Origin: Mobula hypostoma
Taxonomy: Eukaryota
Length of the DNA: 64,000 nt
Direction: 5' to 3'
Assembly (NCBI RefSeq): GCF_963921235.1
Contig: NC_086097.1
Span: forward strand, 249,428,001 to 249,492,000
Shown: piece by piece, positions 36,776 through 50,355 of the stretch
How positions within the stretch are numbered: the stretch's first letter is position 1
How the letters are laid out: each line of letters begins with the position of its first letter
Notes under the pieces: model-generated
The model's database searches: none
What the model was told of the DNA's origin: nothing
Seen by the model: only the letters and a program-made list of their open reading frames with translations
Program-made: the position numbers and the translations under genes

Positions 36776-38680
36776 TGGCTTGCAGGTACAACAGGTTAGT
36801 AAGCAGGAAAACAGAATATTGTCCTTCATTGCTAGAGGGACAATAGACAACAGATATAGGTGCAGGAGTAGGCCATTCGGCCCTTCGAGCCAGCACTGCC
36901 ATTCACTGTGATCATGGCTGATCATCCACAATCAGTACCCCGTTCCTGACTTCTCCCCATATCCCTTGACTTCGCTTTCATTAAGAGCTCTATCTAACTC
37001 TTTCTTGAAAGCATCCAGAGAATTGGCCTCCACTGCCTTCTGAGGCAGAGCATTCCACAGATCCACAACTCTCTGGGTGAAAAAGTTTTTCCTCAACGCC
37101 ATTCTAAACGGCCTACCCCTTATTCTCAAATTGTGGCCTCTGGTTCTGGACTCCCCCAACGTCGGGAACATGTTTTCTGCCTCTAGCGTGTCCAATCCCT
37201 TAATAATCTTATATGTTTCAATCAGATCCCTCTCATCCTTCTAAATTCCAGTGTATACAAGCCCAGTCGCTCCATTCTTTCAACATATGACAGTCCCGCC
37301 ATCTCGGGAATTAACCTCATGAACCTATGCTGCACTCCCTCAATAGCAAGAATGTCCTTCCTCAAATTTGGTGACCAAAGCTGTACACAATACTCCAGGT
37401 ATGGCCTCACCAGGGCCCTGTACAACTGCAGAAGGACCTCTTTGCTCCTGTACGCAACTCCCCTTGTTATGAAGGCCAACATGCCATTAGCTTTCTTCAC
37501 TGCCTGCTGTACCTGCATGCTTACTTTCAGTGACTGATGAACAAGGACACCTAGATCTCATTGTACTTCCCCTTTTCCTAACTTGACACCATTCAAATAG
37601 TAATCTGCCTTCCTGTTCTTGCCACCAAAGTGGATAACCTCACATTTATCCACATTAAACTGCATCTGCCAAGCATTTGCCCACTCTCCCAACCTGTCCA
37701 AGTCATCCTGCGTTATCACAACATCCTCCTCACATTTCACACTGCCACCCAGCTTTGTGTCATCTGCAAATTTGCTGATGTTACTTTTAATCCCTTCATC
37801 GAAATCATTTATGTATATTGTAAATAGCTACGGTCCCAGCACCGAGCCTTGCAGTAGCCCACTAGTCACTGAAAGGGACCCGTTAATCTCTACTCTTTGT
37901 TTCCTGTTCGCCAACCAATTTTCTATCCATGTCAGTACCCTACCCCCAATACCATGTGCTCTAATTTGGCCCACTAATCTCCTATGTGGGACCTTATCAA
38001 AGGCTTTCTGAAAGTCCAGGTACACTACATCCACTGGCTCTCCCTTGAATTCAAGAACAGGGAGGTCACACTGCAACTATACAGGGTACTGGTGAGACTG
38101 CACCTGGAGTACTGTGTGCAGTTCTGGTCTCCATACTTGAGGAAGGATATACTGGCTTTGGAGGCAGTGCAGAGGAGGTTCACCAGGTTGATTCCAGAGA
38201 TGAAGGGGTTAACCTATGAGGAGAGATTGAGCTGCCTGGGACTATACTGTCTGGAATTCAGAAGAATGAGAGGGGATCTTATAGAAACATACAAAATTTT
38301 GAAAGGGACAGATAAGATAGAAGTAGGAGAGTTGTTTCCATTGGTAGGTGAGACTAGAACTGGGGGACATTGGCTCAAGATTCAGGGGAGAAGATTTAGG
38401 ACGGAGATGAGGAGAAACTGTTTTTCCCAGAGAGTGGTGAATCTGTGGAATTCTCTGCCCAGGGAAGCAGTTGAGGCTTCTTCACTAAATATATTTAAGA
38501 TACAGTTAGATAAGTTTTTACACAGTAAGGGAATTAAGGGTTATGGGGAAAAGGCAGGTAGATGGAGCTGAGTTTACGGACAAATCAGCCATGATCTTAT
38601 TGAATGTCAGGGCAGGCTCGATGGGCCGGATGGCCGACTCCTGCTCCTATTTCTTATGTTCTTATGTTCTAATGTTCTAA
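36776..38680 (+). mobile_element. Host CR1 3' fragment (36776-36840 joined to 38045-38680)
   Basis: HLEYCVQFWSPY..NLWNSLP; tail TTCTTATG repeats. Confidence 0.88.
36841..38044 (-). mobile_element. CR1 LINE, 5'-truncated, inserted antisense into another CR1
   Basis: GEPVDVVYLDFQKAFD through to the 3' tail. It splits the host ...GCTAGAGGGA|TTGAATTCAAG... (ARGIEFKNRE). Confidence 0.92.
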
Positions 38681-38902
38681 CAAACATCACAACATATGCT
38701 GGTGATATTAAACCTGATTCTGATTCACTTTAAGTGAATTCATTGAGTTAACACAACTGATGAAACCCTGGCTGAACTGACAAATGAAAGGAACCCACAT
38801 TTACTGAAACTGGTGTGCTTAATCTTCCTGATATTTTATGGGTTGGTACTGGAAGTGTTTAAATCATAAGAAATAAGAGCAGGAGTATGCTGTTTGGCAT
38901 GG

Positions 38903-41900
38903 CTTCCCGTTCACTTTAATCTTTTCACTGGTAAAATATCTAAAAGTTCCTTCATCCCCTTTCTAGTGGAAAGCGGCCAGTGTGTGAGTGGGCCAGTGAA
39001 GGAGTGGAGCTTTGAGGCTTTGACTCGAGAAGCTTCGACGAGAAGAGGCGGAGGACAAGCTAGCTCGCAGTTAGTTTCTACAATGTCTCCTGAGACGGTG
39101 ATGTGCCTCTCATGTGAGATGTGGCAGTCTTGGGGGAACTCCCCTCTCCCGCAGAGTCACATCAGCCAGAAGTGCATACGGCTGGGCGATCTGGAAGACA
39201 GTGTAAGGAATCTGGAGTAGCAGCTGGATGACCTTCGACTCATAAGGGAGAATGAGGCAGTCATAGATGAGAGCTACAGGGAGGTAGTCACACCTAGGCT
39301 GTCGGAGGCAGGTTGTTGGGTGACAGTCAGAGGGGGGAAAGCGAAGGTGAGCAGACAGGTAGTGCAGAGCACCCCTGTAGCCATTCCCCTGAATAATAAG
39401 TTTACCGCCCTGGATACTGTTGGCGGGACGACCGACCAGGTGTGAGCCACGGTGGCAGGGCCTCCGGCACTGAGTCTGATCCTGTGGTGCAGAAGGGTGG
39501 GACGGAGAAGAGGAGAGCTATCGTCATTGGAGACTCTATAGTCAGGGGAGCAGACAGGATATTTTGTGGATGCGAGAAGGACACCCGCATGTTTGTTGCC
39601 TCCCGGGTGCCAGGGTCCGGGATGTCTCTGACCAGCTGCACGACATCCTAGAACGAGAGGGAAAGCAACCAGAAGTCGTGTTACATGTTGGGACCAACGA
39701 CATAGACAGGAAGAGGGATGAGGTCCTGAAGTGTGAGTTTCAGGAACTAGGCAGAAGGCTGAAGAACAGGACCTCAAGGGTGGCGTTCTCAGGATTGCTG
39801 CCAGTGCTACGTGACAGCGATGGGAAGAATTGGAGGAGATGGCAGTTGAATGCGTGGCTGAGGAGTTGGTGCAGGGAGTAGGGTTTTAGATTTTTAGATC
39901 ATTGGGATCTCTTCTGGGGAAGGTGGGACCTGTACAGATTGGATGGGTTGCACCTGAACTCGAGGGGGAGCAATATCCTTGTAGGTAAGTTTGCTAGCGT
40001 GGTTCGGGAGGGTTTACACTAATTTGCGAGGGAGATGGGACCCAGAGCGATAGAGCAGTGAAAGAAGTGCATGGAGTAAAGCCAGATCTAACATACAGAG
40101 AGGTTTTGAGGAAAGAGAAGCAGAATAAACGGTGGAAAGACAGTAAGGTAGAAGGGCTCAAATGTGTGTACCTCAATGCAAGAAGCATCAGGAACAAAGG
40201 TGATGAACTGAGAGCTTGGATACATACATGGAATTATGATGTAGTGGCCATTACAGAGACTTGGCTGGCACCAGGGCAGGTTGGGTTCTCAATATTCCTG
40301 GATTTCAGTGCTTTAAAAGGGATAGAGAGGGCGGGAAAAGGGGAGGAAGGGTGACATTACTGGTCAGGGATACTATTACCGCTACAGAAAGGGTGGGTAA
40401 TGTAGCAGGATCCTCTTTTGAGTCAATATTGGTGGAAGTCAGGAACAGGAAGGGAGCAGTTACTCTATTGGGGGTATTCTATAGGCCCCCTGGTAGCAGC
40501 AGAGATACAGAGGAGCAGATTGGGAGGCAGATTTTGGAAAGGTGCAAAAATAACAGGGTTGTTATCATGGGTGACTTTAACTTCCCGAATATTGATTGGC
40601 ACCTGATTAGTTCCAAGGGTTTAGATGGGGCAGAGTTTGTTAAGTGTGTCCAGGACAGATTCCTGTCACAGTATGTGGACAGGCCGACCAGGGGGAATGT
40701 CATACTAGATCTAGTACTAGGTAATGAACCGGGTCAGGTCACAGATCTCTCAGTGGGTGAGCATCTGGGGGACAGTGACCACCGCTCCCTGGCCTTTAGC
40801 ATTATCATGGAAAAGGATAGAATCAGAGGACAGGAAAATTTTTAATTGGGGAAAGGCAAATTATGAGTCTATAAGGCTGGAACTTGCAGGTGTAAATTGG
40901 GATGATGTTTTTGCAGGGAAATGTACTATGGACATGTGGTCGATGTTTAGAGATCTCTTGAGGGATGTAAGGGATAAATTTGTTCCGGTGAGGAAGATAA
41001 AGTATGGTAGGGTGAAGGAACCATGGGTGACAAGTGAGGTGAAAAATCTAGTCAGGTGGAAGAAGGCAGCATACATGAGGTTTAGGAAGCAAGGATCAGA
41101 TGGGTCTATTGAGGAATATAGGGAAGCAAGAAAGGAGCTTAAGAAGGGGCTGAGAAGAGCAAGAAGGGGGCATGAGAAGGCCTTGGCAAGTAGGGTAAAG
41201 GAAAACCCCAAGGCATTCTTCAATTATGTGAAGAAAAAAAGGATGACAGGAGTGAAGGTAGGACCGATTAGAGATAAAGGTGGGAAGTTGTGCCTGGAGA
41301 CTGTGGAAGTGAGCGAGGTCCTCAATGAATACTTCTCTTCGGTATTCACCAATGAGAGGGAACTCGATGATGGTGAGGACAATATCAGTGAGGTTGATGT
41401 TCTGGAGCATGTTGATATTAAGGGAGAGGAGGTGTTGGAGTTGTTAAAATATATTAGGACAGGTAAGTCCCCGGGGCCTGACGGAATATTCCCCAGGTTG
41501 CTCCACGAGGCGAGAGAAGAGATTGCTGAGCCTCTGGCTAGGATCTTTATGTCCTCGTTGTCCACGGGAATGGTACCGGAGGATTGGAGGGAGGCGAATG
41601 TTGTCCCCTTGTTCTAAAAAGGTAGTAGGTATAGTCCGGGTAATTATAGACCAGTGAGCCTTACATCTGTGGTGGGAAAGCTGTTGGAAAAGATTCTTAG
41701 AGATAGGATCTCTGGGCATTTAGAGAATCATGGTCTGATCAGGGACAGTCAGCATGGCTTTGTGAAGGGCAGATCGTGTCTAACAAACCTGATAGAGTTC
41801 TTTGAGGAGGTGACCAGGCATATAAATGAGGGTAGTGCAGTGGATGTGATCTATATGGATTTTAGTAAAGCATTTGACAAAGTTCCACACGGTAGGCTTA

Positions 41901-43022
41901 TTCAGAAAGTTAGAAGACATAGGATCCAGGGAAGTTTGGCCAGGTGGATTCAGAATTGGCTTGCCTGCAGAAGGCAGAGGGTGGTGGTGGAGGGAGTACA
42001 TTCAGATTGGAGGATTGTGACTAGTGGTGTCCCACAAGGATCTGTTCTGGGATCTCTACTTTTCGTAATTTTTATTAACGACCTGGATGTGGGGGTAGAA
42101 GGGTGGGTTGGCAAGTTTGCAGACGACACAAAGGTTGGTGGTGTTGTAGATAGTGTAGAGGATTGTCAAAGATTGCAGAGAGACATTGATAGGATGCAGG
42201 AGTGGGCTGAGAAGTGGCAGATGGAGTTCAACCCGGAGAAGTGTGAGGTGGTACACTTTGGAAGGACAAACTCCAAGGCAGAGTACAAAGTAAATGGCAG
42301 GATACTTGGTAGTGTGGAGGAGCAGAGGGATCTCGGGGTACATGTCCACAGATCCCTGAAAGTTGCCTCACAGGTGGATAGGGTAGTTAAGAAAGCTTAT
42401 GGGGTGTTAGCTTTCATAAGTTGAGGGATAGAGTTTAAGAGTCGCGTTGTAATGATGCAGCTCTATAAAACTCTGGTTAGGCCACACTTGGAGTACTGTG
42501 TCCAGTTCTGGTCACCTCACTATAGGAAGGATGTGGAAGTATTGGAAAGGGTACAGAGGAGATTTACCAGGATGCTGCCTGGTTTAGAAAGTATGCATTA
42601 TGATCAGAGATTAAGGGAGCTAGGGCTTTACTCTTTGGAGAGAAGGAGGATGAGAGGAGATATGATAGAGGTGTACAAGATAATAAGAGGAATAGATAGA
42701 GTGGATAGCCAGCGCCTCTTCCCCAGGGCACCACTGCTCAATACAAGAGGACATGGCTTTAAGGTAAGGGGTGGGAAGTTCAAGGGGGATATCAGAGGAA
42801 GGTTTTTTACTCAGAGAGTGGTTGGTTTATGGAATGCACTGCCTGAGTCAGTGGTGGAGGCAGATACACTAGTGAAGTTTAAGAGACTACTAGACAGGTA
42901 TATGGAGGAATTTAAGGTGGGGGCTTATATGGGAGGCAGGGTTTGAGGGTCGGCACAACATTGTGGGCCGAAGGGCCTGTACTGTACTATTCTATGTTTT
43001 ATGTTTTATGTTAATGTTTATG
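38903..43022 (+). mobile_element. Near full-length CR1 LINE: ORF1 (zinc finger/leucine zipper plus SGNH esterase) and ORF2 (APE-RT), inactivated
   Basis: ORF1 MSPETVMCLSCEMW..IVIGDSIVRG..HVGTND..DGLHLN. ORF2 YLNARSIRNK..AITETW..YRPP..MGDFN..KFADD. A few stops and frameshifts. Confidence 0.95.
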
Positions 43023-44489
43023 AACGAAAGAATAATGGAGGGCTACGTGGGAGGGAAGGGTTAGTTTGATCTTAGAGTACGTTAAAAGGCTATTATAGGA
43101 CTATTTAAACACAAAAAAAATCACACCATGTTGTTAGTTCCTTCCAAGGCACTTAATCTCATCAACCATTTTAGTTAGCTGCCCCTACCCCGTCTATCTG
43201 TTACCCCCATCGCGGCATTGCAAACACTTTAAACCACTTTTTGTAACAGACCAAAATGCTGGAAGAACTCAGCAGGTCAGGCAGCATCTATGGAAATGAA
43301 TAAACAGTCGATGTTTTGTACTCAGACCCTTTATCAGGACAAGAAAGGAAGGGGTAAAATGCCAGAATAAAAAGGTGGGGAGGAGGAAGGAGGATAATGC
43401 TTATGCACATTTAATTCTATATCTGTACTTTAACCTCTAAATTTATTTTTTTTATAATTTTTTATAATTGTTGAATGTTGCAAGTTTTTTGTTGCATGTC
43501 ATGTCCTGACATGCAAACTCCTAATACCTGTAAATGTAAATATATATATAGCAAATAAAGTTGATACCATTCTTTTCCATAGATGCTGCCTGGCCTGCTG
43601 AGTTCCTCCAGCATTTTGTGTGTGTTGCTCATATTTCCAGCACCTGCAGATTTTCTTGTTTGTGATCCTAGGAAAGGATAGCATAACACTGTGGGCCGAA
43701 GGGCCTGTACTGTGCTACGTTCAGAAATCAATGACGAGCCCTTCAGACATCCAAGAGAAAAACTTTCAAACACTGAAGTTCTGTCTATGTAGCCTTCCCA
43801 TATCTGTAATAATGTTGTCTGTTTCAATGAAATCTCCTCCCATTCCTCCAAACTCCAGAGAGCAGTCTCAGTATTCAACCTCTCTAGTGACATAACTGCC
43901 CCCTACAGGGCATCCACAATCTCACTGATCAAACAATTTAAAAGAAATAAAATCTGCAGATGCTGGAGATCCAAAGCAACACACACAAAACGCTGGAGGA
44001 ACTCAGCTAGGCAGCATCTATGGAAATGAATAAACAGTCAATATTTACTCTCTTTCATACATGCTGCCTGGCCTGCTGAGTTCCTCCAGCATTTTGTGTG
44101 TGTTAAACCTTTAATCAAGTCGGCTGAATGGGTATTGAATGAACAGCACAAGGCTTAAATGTAGGGCAAGGCAGAATGCAACACTTTATCATGGAAAAGA
44201 AACAAAGATAGAGAAAGACGGATTTGAAAAGATAACGGCAGATGGAGATGTATTAAGATATCATACTTAGAGCATACAACAGTACAGCACAGGAGGAGGC
44301 ACTTGGGCCCAAGATGTCTGCAGCGAACATGATGCCAAATTAAACCAAATTTTATTCTACTGTATCCTCTCCATACTTATGTGCCTATCAAACAGACTCC
44401 TAGATGCCACTATCATATCTGCTTCCAGCAGTCCCAAGGTACTACCTACCACTCTGGTGAAAAACTCGCCTTGCACTTTCTCCCTCAAA

Positions 44490-45480
44490 TACCACAAGAC
44501 TGCAGGACATGGGAGCAGAATTAGGTTATTCAGCCCATCCAGTCTGCAGCACCATTCCATCACGGCTGATTTACTCTCCCTCTCAAACCCATTCCCCTGC
44601 CTTCTTCCTGTAACCTTTGACACCCTTATTAATCAAGAACCTATCAACCTCCACTTTAAATATACTCTACCACTTGGCCTCCACAGCTCTCTGTAGCAAC
44701 GAGTTTCACAGATTCATCACCCTCTAGTGAAAGCAGTTCCTCCTCATCACTGTTCTAAATGAACGTTCCTCTATTCTGAGGTTGTGCACTCTGGTCCTAG
44801 ACTCCCCCATTATAGGAAACATTCTCCATATTCACTCTATTGAGGCCTTTCAATATTCCATCAGTTTCAATGAGATCTGCCCCCCCCATTCTTCTAAATT
44901 TCAACAAGTATAGGCCCAGAGCCGTCAAATGCTCCTTATATGTTAACTCTTTAATACCTAGAATCATACTTCTGGGTCCCCCAATGCCAACACTTTTTTC
45001 TTAGATAAAGGGCCCAAAACTGTTCACAATACTGTGGTCTCATAAAGTCTCAGCATTGCATCCTTGCTGTTATATCCTAGTCCTGTCAAATAAATGCTAA
45101 CATTGCACTTGCCTTCCTCACCACTAACTCAGCCTGTAAATTAACCTTTAGGGAATCCTGCATGAGGACTCTTAAGTCCCTCTGATTTTTGAATTTTCTC
45201 CCGTTTAGAAAATAGTCCCTTATTCTTTCTACCAAAGTGCATGACCATACACTTCCTGACATGATAGTCCATCACTTCTTTACCCATTCTCCCAATCTGT
45301 CCAAGTCCTTCTGCACAAACTGTGCCCCTCCATCTTCGTAATGTCTGCAAACTTGCCTACAAACCACCAATTCCATCACCCAAATCACAGACATATCATG
45401 TGAAAATACTGACCCCTGTCGAACAGGCAGCCAAGCAGATTCGGCCCCTTTATTCACATACACATCATTTCAACTGAGTT
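44490..45480 (-). mobile_element. Degenerate CR1 3' part
   Basis: QKDLDRLGEW and KCMVMHFGRKN remnants plus CR1 3'UTR. Confidence 0.8.
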
Positions 45481-46854
45481 CCACTGCAGTTCCACATTAT
45501 TCCATTGATTGCAGTTGAGCAAAATAGACCCTTCCAAATGAAAATTTTAATTTTCATTGCATGTCTTATGAGGTTGAGCGAACTGGGGCTTTTCTCTTGG
45601 GAGTGAAGGAGGAGAAGATGTGACTTGATACAAGATGATAAGAGACACAGATTGAGTGGACAGCCAGAAACTCCTTCCCAAGTTGGAAATGGCTAATGTG
45701 AGCGGACATAATGTTATGGTGATTGGGGGAAAGCAGAGGGTGAACGTCAGAGGTATGCTTTATTAGAGAGTGGTGGGTGTGGTACGTGGAATACACTGCC
45801 GGGGTGGTGGGAGAAGCAGATACGTTACGGAGATTTAGCAGACTCCTAGAAAGGCACATGGATGATGGAAAAATGGAGAACTACGTAGGAGGGAAGGCTT
45901 TGATTGATGACGAAGTAGGTTAAAGGGTCGGCTCAACATTATAGGCTGCAGGGCCAGTTATTGTGGTGTAATATTTAATGCTCTGGACATGTTAAATAAC
46001 AGAAAGTAATACTAAGTAAATAAATTATGGTAAACACAAGAAGGTCTGCAAATGCTGGAAATCCAAAGCAACACACACAAAATGCCGGAGGAACTCAGCA
46101 GGTCAGGCAGCATCTATGGCAATGAACAGGCTGTTGATGTTTCGGGCCAGAATAAAAAGGCTGGGGGAGGGGAAGGAGGATGGCTGGAAGGTGATTGGTG
46201 AAGCCAGCTGGGTGGGAAAGGTCAAGGGCTGGAGAAGAAAGAATCTGATAGAAGAGCAGAGTGGACCATAGGAGAAAAGGAAAAAGGAGGGGACCCTAGG
46301 GGGAAATAATAGGCAGGTGAGAAGGTGGTAAAGGTCAGAGTGGGGAATAGAGGAAGTGGAGTGGTGGGGGAAGATATTTGCTAACTGGAAGGGGAAATCG
46401 ATATTCATGTCATCAGGTTAGAGTCCAGCCAAATGGAATATAAGGTGTTACTCCTCCACCGAGGGTGGCCTCATCTTGGCACAAGAGGAGGCCATTGATC
46501 GACACCTCAGAATAGGAATAATTATGATGTTCAGACTTGAAATTACCTTTTGTGACAAGGCTTCTATAAGTATGCTTATTCAGACAGTGCGATCCCATTT
46601 TTGAAAATCTCCTGATACAAGTAATCCCAGCACGGGGAGTCTCAGGATCATTGTGTGCAAAGCAATAAGCTCACGAGGTGTGGTGGAAACAGACCTTGCA
46701 GGAATTGCTGAGCTCAGTTCATGCAGATAACTATAATGGGACATTTGGGGTGGGGGGGGGGTGTGAGAGATGGTCTAGTTTAGAAAAAGAGAGATGCTAG
46801 GTTTTGAAGGGTGCCGTTAATTGATGGTGAGTGGGGCCAAATTACCATCTAAAG

Positions 46855-46928
46855 TTCCCAACTTGTGCTCCACGGACCCCTTGCTTAATGGTATTGGTCT
46901 ATGGCATAAAATAGATTGGGAGCCTCTG
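46855..46928. mobile_element. hAT MITE with a clipped left TIR
   Basis: Perfect 8-bp flanking repeat ATCTAAAG at 46847-46854 and 46929-46936; body homologous to 2965-3047. Confidence 0.78.
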
Positions 46929-47422
46929 ATCTAAAGAGACAAAAAGGGGAATAATAAAGACATGAAATTCTGCAAGTGCTGTAAATCCTGAACAACATGC
47001 ACAAAGGCAGCATCTACGGAGAGGAGTAAACTGCCAAGATGCTTCATCAGTGCTGAAACGGAAGCGGGCAGAAGCCAGAATAAGAAGATGGAGGGAGAGG
47101 GAGGTGTACAAGCTAGCAGGTGAGAGGTGAGACTGGGTGGCTAACTGGGGCAGGGGGGATGAAGTATGAAGCTGGGAGTTGATAGGTGGGAGATGAAGGT
47201 CTTGGCCTGAAAGGTCAACTGTTCATTCCTTTCATGGATGCTTTCTGACCTGCTGAGTTCCTCCAGTATTTTGTGTGTATTACTTTACAATAAATCCAAA
47301 TAATTAGTTCTCCAAAACCCCACCTCTCCCCAGTCACAGTAGGAAACAATACAGAATTAGTCTTCAAATTCACAGTTTTAGTAACAGTATATTTTTAGAA
47401 TGTGAAATGTGTGTGTTCATAC

Positions 47423-47618
47423 CTGGCATGGGCCCACATAGGACAAAGATTTGGATCTTTGGTACAAGGCACATCGATTGGAGTGTTCTATATTTTCTGT
47501 ATCACAAACCGGTTCAACAGGAAGCAGCTCACAGTTCACTAATTTTGAGATACACTCGTACTGATCACATTCAAATAGTTCAATGCTGGTCAGACAAACT
47601 TTTGGCTTTGGAATACAC
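47423..47618 (-). CDS. RECK: RECK coding exon (human exon 17 equivalent)
   Basis: Not in the ORF track. CIPKPKVCLTSIELFECDQYECISKLVNCELLPVEPVCDTENIEHSNRCALYQRSKSLSYVGPCQ. Acceptor ttttcaaAG, donor GTatga, 196 nt, phase 2/0. Confidence 0.95.
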
Positions 47619-48899
47619 CTTTGAAAACAAAATACTCAATTAATTGATTGATTGAGATACAGTGCAGAATCAGTCCTACTGACCCTTCAAGCTGTACCCC
47701 AGTAACCCACTATTTAATCCTAGCCGAATCACAGGACAACCTACAATAACCTACCAACCAGTCTTTCGACTTTTCCCCAGCATCAAATGGCTAGTACAAG
47801 GGGGCATAATTTTAAGGTGATTGGAGGAAAGTATATGGGGGGGATGTCAGAGGGAATTGTTTTAAAAAATAACACAGAGAGTGGTGAGTGTGTGGAGCAC
47901 CTGCCAGGGTGGTGGTAGAGGCATTTAAAAATATCAGGGGCATTTAAAAAGCTCTTAGATAGGCACATGGATGAAAGAAAATGGAGGGGTATGTAGGAGG
48001 GAAGGGCTGGATTGATCTTTGAGTGGGTTAAAAGGGAGCACATTGTGGACCAAAGGGCTATAATAGTCTACATTCTATCATTGTAAATTAGACTACAGTT
48101 ATTATCCAGCAGTTGTTCTGCTTGAACTCTTCATGGATTTTCAAAGACAGCTCATTCTCCTGGAGAAACGAAGTAATGATGGATATACAGAGAGTTTCAA
48201 TTATCATTTGCACATCTACTTCAAGCTGCAGAGTTGAACCCTCATTCCCAAATCAAAAGATCAAGGAATGAATCCCCACTGCTACACGTAAGCACTTAAG
48301 CTGGGGTATCTTTGTAAGTCAGCTCTGAATCAGTGTGAACTAGTGCAAATAATGGCTTTCAACTGAAATATTAATCCACATTTACATTGGCTCTCTGAGA
48401 TGCATAAGAAATTCCACATTTCTGAGCAGGACCATCTTTCCAGCATCTTAGCAAAGATCAACCAGGACAGATTACGAAGTCATTGTGGCAACATATTCCC
48501 AATTTTTTTTTTCAATTCTTCCAAAAATGGCCATCCTTCAAAAGTGCTTTATTAAATACTTGGGGATCTTCTAAAGAATTGAACAGCAAATAATCATAGT
48601 AAATGCTAGAAGTCTGGAGCAAAATGTTGGGAGAACTCAGCAAACTGAATATTGAAAGAACTAGATAATAGTGTGCATGCAGAGGGTGTTTCTTATCGCG
48701 GAGGACTCTAGGACCAGAGGGAACAGTCTCAGAATACAAGGATGTTTCTTTATAACAGATGAGGAGCAATTTCTTTATCCAGAGTGGCAAATCCATAGAC
48801 TTTATTGCAACAGTTGGTCACTGTGTGTATACCAAGTCACTGGGTACATTTTAAACAGAAGTTGAGAAGTTCTTGATTAGTAAGGGCATCAAAGGTTAC

Positions 48900-49640
48900 C
48901 ATAAGATATTGGAGCAGAATTAGGCCATTAGGCCCATCGAGTCTGCTCTGCCATTTCATCATGGTTGATCCAATTTTCCTCCCAGTCCCAATCTCTTGCC
49001 TTCTTCCCGTATCCCTTCATGCCCTGACCAATCCAGAATCTACCAACCTCTGCCTTGAATGTACATGAAGACTTGGTCTCCACAGCTGCCTGTGGCAAAG
49101 AATTCCACAGACTTGCCACTCTCGAGCTAAAGAAATTCCTCCTCATTTCAATTCTAAAAGATGCCCCTCTATTCTGAGGCTGTGTCCTTTTGTCTTAGAT
49201 TCTCCCACCATAGAAAACATCCTCTCCACATCCACTCTTTCAACGCCTTTCTCCATTTGATAGGTGTCAATGAGGACACTACTCATTATTCTGAATTTTA
49301 GTGAAAAGAAGCCCAGAGCCATCAGATGCTCTTCCTATAACAACCATTCAATCCTGGAATCATTTCCGTGAATCTCCTTTGAACCCTCTCCAATTTCAGC
49401 ACATTTTGAGATAAGGTACCTAAAACTGCTCATAATACTCGAAGTGAGGCCTCACCAGTGCTTTATAAAGTCTCAGCATTACATCCTTGCTTTTATGTTC
49501 CAGTCCTCTTAAAATGAACGATAGCATCACATTTGTCTTCCTCACCACAGACTCAACCTGCAAATTAACCTTTAGGAAATCCGCATAAGGACTTCCAAGT
49601 CCCTTTGCGCCTTAGGTTTTTGTATTTTCTCTCCACTTCG
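48900..49640 (-). mobile_element. CR1 3' fragment
   Basis: MRRNFFSSRVASLWNSLPQAAVE. Confidence 0.82.
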
Positions 49641-49800
49641 AAAATAGTCAACCTTTCAGTTCAGGAAGAAGGCGGGAAAATAGGGTTGAGAGGGATAAAA
49701 AAAAATGTTAGAATGTTAAAGCAGACGGGCCAAATGGCCTAATTCTGCCCTGGTGTTATGGACTGGATCAAGCAACATCTATGAAGGGTGTATGAGACGT

Positions 49801-50355
49801 GTAGGGGTGTCAGGGAGGGGTAACACCTTTGGTGGGGGAACATGTTGTGTCCTTTTCAAGGCGGTTAGTCCACCTTTGGTCCCCACCTGGCACTCAGCTC
49901 TCACCTGTGGCTGCCCGTAGCTGTTTGCATGCGACAGCGGCCACACCCCGGGCAACGGCCTCGACAAGCCGGCTAAACCAGGTGAGGGTAGCCGACGGGT
50001 CTCAAACCCTCGGTGAGATAGGGAGTTGCCTATCCCAGCATGTGAAGACAGACTCCAGCGGATTGAGCGGACGAGACCAATGGAAGGTCCAACAGTCAAG
50101 AAGGCGGTCTCTGCAAGCGGCATGGAACGTGTAGAGCAGGACAAGACACAGAAGACGTCCTGGTCATCCACTGCGCCTAGTCCCATCTCTAGCTATCTCA
50201 GCTCTGTCTTGCCACTGGATCCATATGGGAATTGGGAAGAGAGAGTGAGGCCAACACTGCGCAACTCTCCCTCACTTAAATCAAAATCACGCGCTAGTCT
50301 CGACACCATCATAATGGTATCGAGGTCCTCATCGACGTCAATGATGGACGAACAC
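49801..50355. mobile_element. Young, CpG-rich non-coding retroposon-like insertion
   Basis: Direct repeat ATGAGACGT at 49792-49800 and 50356-50364; no recognisable protein. Confidence 0.7.
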
